Source: the human T2T-CHM13v2.0 reference genome, Homo sapiens
Length of the DNA: 64,000 bases
Strand: one strand, 5' to 3'
Assembly: GCF_009914755.1 (NCBI RefSeq)
Contig: NC_060935.1
The first letter of the stretch is position 1, and each line of letters starts with the position of its first letter. Position numbers and translations under genes: made by a program. Positions 1-37,312 of this stretch are shown here, in pieces. The notes beneath the pieces are model-generated. The model was not told where the DNA came from and made no database searches. It saw only the letters and a program-made list of their open reading frames with translations.

Positions 1-29
1 ATACCACACACACATACATACACACACAC

Positions 30-1400
30 ACAAAATGAATTATAAATTTAAAAGTAAAACATAAAACTATCAATCTTCTAGAAGAAAATAAGCTATCTTC
101 ACTATTTGAGGGGCAGGCAAAGATTTCTTACATAGGAAACAGAAATACATACCCATTAAAATGATAAATTGTACTGCATTGAGTTTTAAAACTTCACAAA
201 ATACACCAGTAGAAAAATGAATAGGCAGGCTGCAGCCTGGGAAAAAATATTCACAGAACGCATATCTGATGAAGGAATTGTATTCAGAATAGATAAAGGA
301 CTATAATTCAATAATAAAAAGAAAAGTTGCCCTATTAAAATGTGGTCAAAAGATTTAAACAGACACTTCACAATGGAAGATAAATAAACATCAAATACAT
401 ATATGACAAAATGTCTTTCATTAGTCATCAAAGAAATGCAAATTATAAACCAGGTGAAATACCCCAAATGTTGTTGAAGGTGTGGAATAACCAGAATTCT
501 CATTTGTTGGTGGTGAGAGTATAAAATGGCACAACCACTTTGGAAAAAAGTCTGGCAGTTATCTTGTAAAACTAAACATATATCTACTATACAAGCCAGT
601 GATTTCATTCTTAAGTATTTATCCAGAAGAAATAAAAAACATCTGGTCAAATATGAAAAAAAAATACTTGTTCAAGAATGTTCTTAGCAGCTGTATTCAT
701 AATAGCCAAAAACTGGAAACAGCCCAGGTGTCGATCAATAGGAGAATAAATAATCAGAGTGTGGTAGATTCATGCAATGGAATACTATTCAGCAGAAAAG
801 GAACTGCCTATACATGCAACAATATATGGATGAATATAGAAAAACATTATGCTAAGTGAAAGAAGAGCTACACAAAGAGCGCATGCTGTGTAATTCCATT
901 CACCCTTATTCTACAAGCAACGCTCATCTATGGTGAAAAGAAATTGGTGGTTGCCTCTAAGGAGATAGAGGTGGAGACTGATTGATAAGGAGCACGAGGA
1001 AACTTGGGGATTAATAGTATTGTTTTGTATATTAATAGAGATTTGGGTTACACAGCATTACATATTTTCCAAAACTCACTGAATGATGTCCTTAAGATTT
1101 GTTTTTTTTGCTCTATGTAAATTTGACCTCACAATAAAAAAAGAAAGAACCTCAAGTTAATATCAGTTTAATATATACATCCTAAAGTCTTTAGGGTGAG
1201 TGCACTGATGGCTTAGCTTACTTTGAAATGCATCTAACAGAAAAATACAGAGTCAATAGATGGATTGATAGATTTCTGATCATCTAGAGCTAAATGTTCA
1301 TTGTAGAATCTAGGTGATTACAGGCATTCACTGTACAATTCTTTAAACTTTTCTGCATGTTTGAAATTTTTCATAATAAAATGATTAATAAAAAAAAGTA
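30..1400 (+). mobile_element. Old L1M (L1ME-type) 3' fragment
   Basis: Degenerate ORF2 3' end and 3'UTR motifs (GAAATGCAAATTA, CACTTTGGAAAA, ATGGAATACTATTCAGCA). Confidence 0.8.
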
Positions 1401-1842
1401 ACGCTGATGTGAAGTATCAAAACTCTCTATGGTAACCTCAGGGCATAAACCTAAGGAATCGAGCCCCAGTAGGTATACCTCTCCCAGCTGCTTACCAGCC
1501 CACCTGTGTCTTGAATGGGTTATCCAACACCCAAGCTTCTGATCAACCTGGACTATTGCATTGCATTTTCCCAGCAGAAGAATATGCAGGATTTTCAGTA
1601 AGACTGTGTGTACATTCTAATTTTAATAACTGCAGTTACTAGTATGATAAAGCTTCTGACAATCATATAATTTAAGTATATAAAAGGTACTTTTACTTCA
1701 GACTAAAAACTGGTGACAAAGGACTGCAATATGGAAGAAAATAATTATTTTCCAGCCAGGAGATTCTATTTCAACATCAGCTATAAGAAAAATAATTTGT
1801 ATTTAAATTTTGTTTATAAAGTGTTTCTATCATACCTGTGAG

Positions 1843-1848
1843 CTGTTT

Positions 1849-1891
<43 letters not shown>

Positions 1892-2198
1892 TTTTCAGAC
1901 GGAGTCTCGCTCTGTTGTCCAGGCTGGAGTGCAGTGGTGCAATCTCGGCTCACTGCAACCGCCTTCTCACGGGTTCAAGAGATTCTCCTGCCTCAGCCTC
2001 CTGAATAGCTGGGACTATAGGTGCCTGCCACCACACCTGGATTGCCTGGCAAATTTTTTTTTTTTTTTTTGTATATTTAGTAGAGATGGGGTTTCATCAT
2101 GTTGGCCAGGCTGGTCTTGAACTTGTGTCCTCAGGTGATCCACCCACCTCGGCCTCCCAAAGTGCTGAGATTACAGGCATGAGCCACTGCGCCTGGCC
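1843..2198 (-). mobile_element. AluS with (TTTA)n tail
   Basis: Full dimeric Alu in antisense, ending GCCTGGCC at 2198; microsatellite tail ~1846-1895. Confidence 0.95.
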
Positions 2199-5194
2199 AA
2201 CTGTTTTTAAATTTTAAAAGTTTAAGATTCAAGGCCTAATCTTCTGCTTATGATATGTCATCAGTGGACATTTCATGTATATAACCATGTAATAATGGAA
2301 CACAGCAGTGAACGGATGCATAGCAGTCTGAACTCTTCCCTGTGTATTAGCGCTGAGTCACTGCTGGGATCTGGCAGGGCTCCTCAAAATCCCTGAGCCT
2401 CACTAGGATCTCCAGCCTGCCTCTTGGTCTTCAAGTACACAGACCAGAAAGTCACTGTTCCTGAGAGGTGAATAGGGCCAAATGATGCAACCCTGAAAAA
2501 GCTTTCCTCTAACTTACTTTCCCAAGGCAGAGAGAATTTCTCTAGAAATCAGGTCAGCCATGTTATTTAGGCATTTTTATTGCATCTTTTCCCCAAGGCC
2601 CTGGGACTCTGTGTTGGTATATACACAAAGGATTACACTATTTTTGTTTAGTAAGATGGCTTGCTGATTTCAGTTTACAAGGTGAGAACATGGATATGTA
2701 AGTCTGAGTCATTTGGAAAAACAAAAGACAATCACTTTTAGAATAAAGAGAAATACCTATTTAGAATTTTCTCTGTAAAAACATCACATTGATCACATCT
2801 TTCCATCTTCTGAAAGGCATTTTAAACCAAATCTACAGATTAGAAAATTTTGATAGATAACTTATCAGAACTATATTTTGTGTTGAAACTGACCAAAATG
2901 CTTAATACATTTACTTTTAGTCTTTTAAATATTCTGACTTGTGTTAAATATGTCAGGAAACAAAGAAGTAAGGCAACACTCTCTTGACTTGTGAAGTGTC
3001 CAAGCTCTGGGCTGGACGTAGTAGTTCCTCACTAAGCATTTGTTGAATCGGTGAATAATATATCCCCAAACAAGGCCTAAAAAAGGAGCATAATGAAAAT
3101 AAAGCTGCCACAATTGGGCCCCTTGATTTCGTAAAGCACCCAGACATCATCTTGCATCAAGTACTTTTGCAGACACAATCTCAAAATGTCTCATTCTAAG
3201 AAATGGGCAAATGATACTCTCTTTGATTGATGGAGAAAAAGAATCTGAGCCCAAGATGGCATAGCAAACTCAGAATTCTAATTGCAACTTGCAAGATCAG
3301 AACACCCAAAAAAAAGCCCCTGCACACAGCCATGCTGCTGCCTCTGCTGACCTATACATTGGTTATAAGTCAACTGAGGGACAAAGTTCAAAAGAGACCA
3401 CAAAAGTACCAGAAGGTAAGAATTCTGGCTATAATCTGTCTGTATCCATTAAATATGTCTATTTATGTAGATTCATATTTATTCCTCTATCTACTGAGTG
3501 TGTATACTGTGGGTTCAAAACAAAATTACTTCATTTGGTAGCAAAAACCATGAGGTTTGGAAATTGATACATAGGCAATCAGCACAGTAAGATGAAAGTT
3601 TAGCATGCCATTAGGTTACTAGAGCCTATATATGATTTTGAAGAGAGGCACCACTAACCATCCAGATTCTAGATCACAGGGGCACAGAGCAACCAACACG
3701 CTGGCAGAAAATATTGCCCTTCTCTCTGCATATCCACTCTGAATTCAGAACTGGCTAGATGTCCCAAAGCACACACATGAAACTTTCACATCCACTTCTC
3801 TCTGTCTACTCCTCTTGGAGTGAATTCTCCCATTATATAGACCGCTGAGTTACTATGATCTGAGGCACTCCAGCTGGGAACATTCCAACCATCCAGTCTT
3901 CTTCATCCATAGTGTCTGCCATGACAGAAAGACACTCAACAAACACTTGATGTATTGATGTGAGCTAAGGCTTGATAAAATAAAAATAGTAGTCATCCAA
4001 ATGGCCACCAATAATGTCAGTAGCTATGTGGCTACAGGATTAAAAGAACGAACATTGAACATGCTGGATTTGAACACCAGCACTGCCATTTACTGACTAT
4101 GTAAACTTGGACAAGTGACTTAACCTCTTTAAGTCTGTTTCTTCTTCCTATACTTGGGAATTAAAGTAGTGCATCCCTTATTTGCTTTCTGAGAGGCTTA
4201 AGTGAGATCGTGGTAACATCTCCTTAGCAAATGTGAGATGTAAAGCATCTGTGTTTATATCTACCACTCTACTTGTTTTACTATATTATAACCTCCCATT
4301 TGCCCCAATAACTCTGAGTTTCTTGTGATCAAGGATGCACCTGACTTTTCTTTGAATTCCTTAGCAGGTAGCACAGTATGCAGCACATGAATGCTATAGC
4401 ACATTGTAAAGGAAGCAAGAGTCTCCATTCTCATCTACCAGAAGTTGGTGACAATCTTCTTTAGGCTCCTGAGCCTCAAGTCCTCCAGCTCTTCCAGCTA
4501 CTGCAGACACCAAAACCTTTCTCCACTGAAATAGGCAGAATCGAAAATAGGAAATAAGGACACTAGTTGTGGAACACTAGTTCTTATAATTAGGAAAAGC
4601 AGATTTATCAGTCCTATATGGCTCGTTCTTTAAATTTTGGTTTGGCTTGAATGTCATAAAGCCCTTTGCCCAGGGAGGCGATGAGTAGACTTCAAATAAA
4701 GTCTTAAATTTGGGGTTCTACCATAGTTGCTGTCTCCATTATCTTTTCACCTGACCCAGCTTGCCCCATATTTGAATATGTCAATCCACTACTGAGGTTT
4801 AAAAGTACACAGGTGAGACAAGGGGCAGATGCCTCCGACATCTTGCTATTTTCTTTATGTTTCATTCTTGTATTTGCTTATGGGTCTACACACATGAAAA
4901 GCAAGTCGTCAAGCTGTCAGATAAAAGACATTTACAATCACTTTAGCTGATACCTCCTTGCTGAGTCAGTCTACTCTAAAGACCTCCTATAGTGACTGCT
5001 AAGACCACTGGGCTTTCACTCTCTAATGAAGAGAGTAAGAATTACCATAACCCTGCCTGGTTTAGTAAGGGGGAAAAAAAACTTCTAATTGAATAGGACA
5101 GCATCCATGCTACATGCCACACACAAGTTGCCTCTGAGAACTCTTTCTTAGCATTCAGACTCAACCACAGTCCCACCCACCACTGGAGGGGAAA

Positions 5195-5380
5195 GGTAGA
5201 TGTGTGGTGGTTCTCAGCTTTCACCGCACATTGGAGTCACCTGGAAGAGCTTTAAAAATTCCTGATGCCTGCATCCACTCCCAGCAAGTCCATTTTAATC
5301 AGCCAAAGGCACAGTCTGGACACAGGGATTTTTCAAATTCCCAAGTGATTCTAATGTGCAGCCAAGTTTGAGAACTGCTG
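5195..5380. mobile_element. MER5-type hAT MITE (similar copies at ~13700-13850, ~31430-31610, ~50610-50765, ~56485-56850)
   Basis: GTGGTTCTCA...GTGATTCTAATGTGCAGCCAAGTTTGAGAACTGCTG termini. Confidence 0.7.
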
Positions 5381-5948
5381 TTACAGATTTCCACCTAATG
5401 GGCGTGGGCGGGGAAAGACAACATCTGGATCTTATGAAAAGTGTGTTTTCTTCCTCTTAAGGTTTTCCCAGATGAGTTAACACTATCATATTAATATGAG
5501 TGTCACCTTAGGATAGTTTGGATAAAGAAAACTTTTAATGAGAAGCGGATTTTAGTTGTAGGAGAGCATATAAAGATGGTGTATCTCATGCTACTGCCTG
5601 ACAAACACCAGGATGGCCCCCTGGCAGAACCATTGATGCCCCTGGACCCAGTCCCATCTTAGAACAAATAATGTCAGGGTTCCTCAGGCCAGAGCCAACT
5701 TCTCTCCTGTGGTCTCCAGACGGGATTTGAGTGAGGAATCTATTAAGCAAGAATTGCTTTTATAAGCTCCAAAGAGACCAAAGTAGGACACATGTGTCTT
5801 AGGGACCACATGAGGTAATCCATTGGAATGCGAAAAGAAACTTCTAATTTATTTTAAAAAAGAAAAAGAAGTAAAAGAAAAAATAAGCAAAGAAAAAGGA
5901 AATTAAGATTTATTTGTATTTGAAAATACATATAAATAATAAACCTGG

Positions 5949-6016
5949 ACATTTGGTCACACCAGTCCACATTAACGTGGACCAGACAATATTAATGTGG
6001 ACTGGTGTGACCAAAA
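5949..6016 (+). ncRNA. MIR4491: MIR4491 precursor hairpin; mature miR-4491 AAUGUGGACUGGUGUGACCAAA at 5994-6015
   Basis: 32-bp stem with 1 mismatch (5944-5975 pairs with 5992-6023) and a 16-nt loop. The 22-mer matches my recollection of hsa-miR-4491, which lies just downstream of POU2AF1. Confidence 0.85.
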
Positions 6017-6114
6017 GTCCAGGCTTGCCCCAGACTGAAGGATATATTAGAACAGGACTTTCAATGTTAAAGCCAAGAAATTCCCAGGCAAACCAAGATG
6101 AGTTGGTCACCGTA
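6004..6114. mobile_element. MER94-like hAT-Blackjack MITE
   Basis: Terminal inverted repeats GGTGTGACCAA...TTGGTCACCGT with internal GGACTTTCAATGTTAAAGCC...CCCAGGCAAACC, matching the recalled MER94 consensus. Confidence 0.7.
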
Positions 6115-6414
6115 GTGCTGGTGCTCCCCACGCTTTAGTTATGTGTGACTCATGGTTCTGAGAGTGTCCTGAGGGACAAGAGGAAGTTATGCATGGAAAT
6201 GGGGGGTAACAGTGATGCCCTCAGTGAATTCACTTCCATCATATTGCAACATATTGAGATTTAAGGATGATATCAGTGTGGTTAATTTTATGGACCCAAC
6301 ATCTCTAAATGTACAGTCTTTATAATGATATGAGACCCTTTTGTGCCATAAAAAGAATCACTGATTATCTCTTGACTAAAGACACCCAACGAACTGTGAA
6401 ACCTAAAAATGAAT

Positions 6415-6605
6415 CACATATAGATAATTAAATCAATGAATTATAGATAATTAAATTAAGCATATATAATTAAAGCAATGACATATATAATTAAATTAAT
6501 CATATATAATTAAAGCAATGAATTATATATAATTAAATTAATCATATAATTAAATTAATGAGTTATATCATTAAATTAAATTAATTATAATTTAGATATT
6601 AAATA
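6415..6605. repeat. AT-rich degenerate minisatellite (~20-nt units ATATAATTAAA(TTAAT/GCAATG))
   Basis: About 9 imperfect units, alternating between two variants. Confidence 0.8.
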
Positions 6606-7567
6606 TCTATTTACTTAATACAAATACAAGCACACTAAATTTGCTGATCTTTTTTGGTTGATAAGTTGGTTGTCCAAAATACGTTACCTGCAGATTTTTT
6701 TAAGTAGTAAACACAATTTGTACTTAATCCAGCCCATCAAGATCAAGATAACATTAATGCTTTTTGAAATTCATGCAATGAGGGGAACATTTAGCAAGTG
6801 AAAATTTAGTAGATGGTTAGGAATGTGTCCATCATGTGATATTGTTGCTAACAACAATATAGGTGTGTGTTACCCATAAAAACTTCCATATCTTCAGCCT
6901 TTTTAAAAAATATGTAGAAGCAGAATTTTTTAGGTTGCTGAAAATTTTTCCAAATAAAGAGTTTGAGTGGTTTTAACTCAATGGGTTAAAAAGGCAACTC
7001 CTTCAATAAGTGTGTAAGACCAGTTGACATCAGCTAAGGTGGAAATTTGCTGACCAAATTTTAAAATAACACCTTTGCATGACTAATGGAAGACATTTTA
7101 AAATAACTTTTGTAATTTATTTAGCATAATCAATGATATACTATTTTTATTTGGATCTAAACATCTTTGTATGGTATCTTTTTCAGCTATGACAAAACAC
7201 CAAAATCAATTGAAGTTAAACCCAGATCTTCAAATCAGTATGTCACAAAGATGCTCCTTCTAGATGTTATTTACAGTTAATGAGGTCAAATGAATTTTTG
7301 TAGTCAATAAATAAAATAGTTAAAATATTTATTTTTATATTTACCTCATCTTTTTAAATTCCTATTATTGTGAATGTTTTATAATACATACAATTAGCTA
7401 TATGTTTGTGGGATATACAATTTATAAATAACTAAATATACATATATAAGAATGGACACTCATACTGAAAAGAAATCACTGAGCTAGAAAACTATTTCAA
7501 AGCAGACATCTATAATAATCCAAGATGCCTGCCTAGCCCAGAGTTGGCACTCAATAAATATGTGTTG

Positions 7568-8514
7568 ATGGCTAACACATTTATGAAAAACATGTTCAAC
7601 ATCACTAATCATTAGAGAAATGCAAATTAAAACCGCAATGAGATATCATTTCACACCTGTCAGAATGGCTATTATCAAAAAGACAAAAGATAGCAAGTGT
7701 TGGCAAGGATGTAGAGAAAAGGAAACCCTTGTACACTGTTGGTGGGAATGTAAATTAGTACAGCCATTATGGAAAACTGTACGGATGTTCCTTGAAAAGC
7801 TTAAACTAGAATTACCATATGATCCAGCAATCTCACTTCTGGGTACTTACCCAAAAGATTTTAAATCAGTGTGTCAAAAACACATCTGCACTCCAATGTT
7901 CATCACAGCACTATTCACAATAATCAAGTTATGAAATCAACCTAAGTGCCCCTCAAGCAATGAATGGATAGAGAAAATGTGGCATATATACATAATGGAA
8001 TACTATTCAGCCTTTAAAACTAAGGGACTTCTATCACTGGCAACAACATGGATGAATGGTGAACATTATGCTGAGTGAAACAAGCCAGACACAGAAAGAC
8101 AGATACTGCATGTTTTCCCTTATATGTGGAATCTAAAACAATCAAACACGTAGAAGCAGAGAGTAGAATGGTAGTTATAGAGGCTGGGGTATGGGGGAAT
8201 GGAGAGATGTTCAAAAGGTACAAAGTCTTAGTTAGAAAGGAGGAATAAGTTTTTTTTTTGAGATCTATTGCACAGCATGTTGAATATAATTAATAATAAT
8301 GTATTGTACATTTCAAAATTTCTAAGAGAGTAAACTGCAAATGTTCTCTCCACAAAAAATAAGTATTGGAGATAATGTATATGTTAGCTTGATTTAAGTA
8401 TTTCATATTGTATTCATAAATTATAACATCAATCTGTAAATTGTATCCCATAATATATTGTATTATATTCATACCCCACAAACATATTTAAATTGTCAAC
8501 TTTCAATAAAATAA
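7568..8514 (+). mobile_element. L1MA-type 3' end with a remnant of the ORF2 C-terminus
   Basis: ORF 7620..7934 ([21 protein letters not shown]...[13 protein letters not shown]) is the L1 ORF2p Cys-rich C-terminus; ends at AATAAA ~8505. Confidence 0.92.
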
Positions 8515-10459
8515 TTTTTTTTTAAATCTGTGTTGAATGAATGAATGAAACACCTTCCACAGCAGCCACAGCTGTAGAAGAACTGACAAACAGATTAACA
8601 TCACCAGCTTATGAATATTTCTACTCAAGCTTTCAGAAAAAACATCTGCCAGGCATCATGTCTCTGTCCATCCAATAAAGGAGACTTCATTATAATCAAC
8701 TTGCAATCATCTATATCAATATTTAGAAGCAGTGGACAGAGAATCCCCCCGGTTAATTCAATTCAACAAGAAATTATTGAGAGAGTCTCATATTTGACAC
8801 TCAAATGAAGTAAATTAATGCAAAATAAGTTATCTATGGTTTCTGATTTCAAGAAATTTGTGTTTAGCTTTAGAACATGTCTTCAGATTTCCACTTAGAG
8901 ATGAGTGCAACCTGATGTTCAGAGAATTTGAGCCACTTGGTCATGTGATTTTGTTCTTTTCCAGATGTCTATCTTCTTCATCTCAGCCACATACTTGTCT
9001 CCTTGCTAGCCTGTTTTATGATGGAATTGGACAGCCTCATGGATCAGAATCTTGTAAAGCACTAATCTACATCACACTGGCCATGCTCTTCTTCAAGTTG
9101 CAGATCAAGTTTTTCATGCCTCTACCTCAAAAGAGAGTAAGGCAAATGCATTTTTAATAGATCTTCCCTTTCACTTGAGCCTCACTAAAGCTGAAGATAA
9201 AACCTCAAACCCTTTCCTTCCATGTCATTTTTCTAGGTTCTGGTTTTCAGGGAGAGTAAGCCAAAAAGACAACGGTGCTGGTAATCTAAAGAAGGCTAAA
9301 TAACTGGATGTACTCTCTCCTCCAAAATCTGGAAATAAGGCTCATAGCAGAATAGTGTAGATAATTTTAAAACAATTACTCCAACGAAGATTAACAATGT
9401 AGGCAGTGAGCTCAGAGGCCTTTAGAAACTCAGAAAATCACCAGGAAAGGGAGACCCCTTCCAAACTGTAACTCACTCCATTGACTGATCTTGGAGGGGA
9501 CTAATTGGCTTCTGGAATTTCCATTCCGTGGTGATGTCTGGCCCTATGAGATGGCTTCCTTAGGTCATGGTTCCTGCCTGATGTCACATGCTCCTGGATC
9601 CTGATTGATGGATTTTCAGAGCCTGCTATGGAAATGCCCGTGGTAGAACTTATCCCTGAACACTCAGCGTCATGAGAAGTTACTCATGATGGCGTGAATA
9701 ACAGGAAGAGCAATCAAGTTAAAAGATTTCCCTCTCTCCTCAGCTCCCCACTCTCCTGGACAACAAGCCCCCTAGCCACGCGCATGTCCTGCTTGGGAGA
9801 ACTGGACTGCAGGCACGGTGGGGACTGGTTTTATCTTCTTCTGCAACAGATCAATTTGCAAAGTCAACAAGACTAGTGTTAAGTTCCTTCCTCTAATCAC
9901 ACTGTCTAACATGGGACTGAAAGCTTAGGGGGATCAACTTGATAAGAAATGAAACACTTTGGCACAGAAAAGTCTCTACAAATCTTTATGAAAATGTTTC
10001 CATCTTAGCAGAGTAACTCGGGAAGAAACCCAGATGGACTACTACCAAGACATTTGACCTCAAGATAAGAGAAAAAATAGACCATTTATCTTAGCAAACA
10101 CGTAAAGTACTATATTTCTTTGCTAGTTTTTGCCAACTTTAACTCCTTTACGGAGGTTGCTTCTGCACCCTCTCAAATGGTACGCTGAAAAATCTTGCAT
10201 AGTGTCTTTTTTTATGGAAAACCAGGGCTTTTAATCAAATAGGACTGAGAGCCCTGCCCACCTACTTACCATCAGTACCGACAAAGATGTAAATGCATCT
10301 TCTCAAATGCTGTCTTGAACTTTTAAATCTAAAAAATATCTGAATAAAAACAATTCAAGATTTGTGTACTGGGATTTAAGGCAGGCACAGAGAAATCTGG
10401 GTCAAAATTAATCTTAAGCAGAAAAAGAAAATCCAAAACAGACAACTTTCTCCAGAGTT

Positions 10460-10465
10460 TTTATT
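10460..10465 (-). terminator. Distal polyadenylation signal AATAAA of POU2AF1
   Basis: tttatt on +; the minus strand continues with GTTGTCTGTTTTGGATTTTCTTTTT (~10446-10422), a typical GU/U-rich downstream element. Confidence 0.75.
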
Positions 10466-10845
10466 TAAAGTGGGCAAAGAAAATATGTCAAAGAAACTGT
10501 CATTTCCCAGAAAAGTCATTTCCCAGAAAAGTCCATGACTTCTACATGGATTCTACCAACTGAAATGTCTGCTTAATAGTGACGATGGTGCTATTAGCAG
10601 GTGGGTGAGCCAGTTCCCAAGGTACACGTTCACTATCAAGAGCTAAGCACACCTGCTAACAACTCAGTCTCCTACAAACCTGATGTTTCTCCAGCAAAAC
10701 AAATTAAAATTAAACCTAATGGTACTTCTGGCTGAGGCTCCAGAGGTCCCCAGGAGGGAGGGTGTTTGCGTGGAGGGGGTCTTGGTTCCACAGAATGGTG
10801 GCTTATGGACGCTTTTAAGACACTAAAGAAACCCACATGGTAAAA

Positions 10846-11195
10846 GGCTGGGTGCGGTGGCTCACGCCTGTGATCCCAGCACTCTGAGAGGCTGAGGCGG
10901 GCGGATCACAAGGTCAGGAGTTCGAGACCAGCCTGGCCAACATGGTGAAACCCCGTCTCTACTAAAAATACAAAAATTAGCCAGGCATGGTGGCATGCAC
11001 CTGTAATCCCAGCTACTCGGGAGGCTCAGGCAGGAGAATCACTTGAACTTGGGAGACAGAGGTGCAGTGAGCCAAGATCGCACCATTGTACTCCAGCCTG
11101 GGCAATGGAGTGAGACTCCGTCCCAAAAAAAACCAAAAAAAAGAAAGAAAGAGAGAGGAAGGAAGGAAGGAAGGAAGGAAGGAAGGAAAGAAACA
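10846..11195 (+). mobile_element. AluS in the POU2AF1 3'UTR (antisense to the mRNA) with a (GGAA)n-expanded tail
   Basis: Full Alu; flanking repeat AAACCCACATGGTA at ~10829-10842 and ~11196-11209. Confidence 0.95.
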
Positions 11196-11409
11196 AAACC
11201 CACATGGTAGCACTAAGCCTAGGCGAGGACCCATCACCTTTAGGCTTAATGGGGTCTTGGCCTCCACAGCACCAGCAGAGGGCCTAGAGGTGAGACAGAA
11301 ATGGCCGACCAAACACACCCTTCACCCTGTTTACAACAGCCCAACTTCCCTTGCACGTATCCTCAAGGAGAGCAGCAAAACCATCTCTTCAAGCAATGCT
11401 TTCCTTTAG

Positions 11410-11415
11410 TTTATT
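11410..11415 (-). terminator. Candidate proximal polyadenylation signal AATAAA
   Basis: Perfect hexamer in the 3'UTR, upstream of the UTR Alu; downstream element less convincing. Confidence 0.35.
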
Positions 11416-11992
11416 GTTCTTCTTAATAACCAAGTAATCTGGAGCCAAGTCATTCCTCAGCCTTCCTCCTCCCTGCATCAAACTCAAGCTTCCTCCCACA
11501 CCCCTCTCTCCAACTAAGATGCACAGCCTGTTCCCATCCCTCCTCTGTCCCTCTCTTCGTCACTGGCCTGTCCCCACCCACCCTGATGTTCTTTTCTCCC
11601 TGCCACCCACTTCCCACCCCTTACTACTCTGAGCCCCAGGCCTTGAGATTTTGCTGCCTGGACTGTAAATCTGGCCGAGGCTGAGAAGAGCAAACAAAGG
11701 AGCAACTGTGGGAACTGACAGCTCAAGGACTCTGGCATCAGGGTAGGCCCTTGGCTGACTTTCTCAGGAGGTGCTGTCGGGGCTGGTCTTCCCGCCGGCC
11801 ACCACATACATCTTAAAATTACAGAGGGTGTGAGTGACCCTAAGATGGTTCAGCAGGCACTGGAGGAAGGAGGCCTTTTCCAAGAAATGAAATGTGACAG
11901 AAATGAAAGCCCATGGACCACAGACTTGGCAACATTTGACATAAAATGTTATTGCTAAAATCCCTATAATTACCTCCCAAAATGGAACAGAA

Positions 11993-12250
11993 TTGAAAAA
12001 AGAAGTAAGAAAGAGAGAAGAAGCGAGGGAGGGAGGGAGGTAAAGAAGGAAAGGGAGAAGGGAAGGAGGGAAGGAAGGGAGGGAGGAAAAGGAAGGAAGG
12101 GGTTGGAAAGGGAGAAGGGAAGGAGGGAAGGAAGGGAGGGAGGAAAAGGAAGGAAGGGGTTGGAAAGGAAGAAGGGAGGGAGGGGAAGAATGGAAGGATG
12201 GGGGAGAGGGAGGAAGTGAGGGAGGGAGGGGAAGGAAGAAGGGAAGGAAG
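11993..12250 (+). repeat. Polypurine (GGAA/GGGA) tract in the 3'UTR with a perfect 57-nt tandem duplication (12048-12104 and 12105-12161)
   Basis: Nearly all A/G on +, so CU-rich in the mRNA. Confidence 0.93.
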
Positions 12251-12392
12251 GTTTACAGGTCTACAATTCTAGCTGTGCGTAGAAAGTGTAGTCATGAAAT
12301 GACTACTCCAAACAAGCATGAACCTGGGGCTCAATTCCAGGCTCATTTTAAAATCCCAGTTTCAGGGAACAGGACTCAGGTGGGAGCCACGC

Positions 12393-37312
<24,920 letters not shown>

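Larger units (their letters stand above)
10440..12392 (-). other. POU2AF1: POU2AF1 3'UTR (~1.95 kb to the distal poly(A) site)
   Basis: Runs from the stop codon to AATAAA at 10465-10460, which is followed by a GU/U-rich downstream element. The cleavage position is inferred. Confidence 0.75.

Noticed and set aside
3227-3541. ORF containing QKYQKVRI, superficially like the OCA motif YQGVRV
   Set aside because: Lacks the invariant Gly and the VKxLL half; an AAG|GTAAGA donor-like site falls mid-motif; most likely chance.
5910-6138. Overlapping antiparallel ORFs encoding near-identical peptides (LVTPVHIN...LMWTGVTK)
   Set aside because: A direct consequence of the DNA palindrome and MER94; no coding evidence.
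7620-7934. 104-aa ORF with a real protein signature
   Set aside because: Fossil L1 ORF2p C-terminus, not a host gene.
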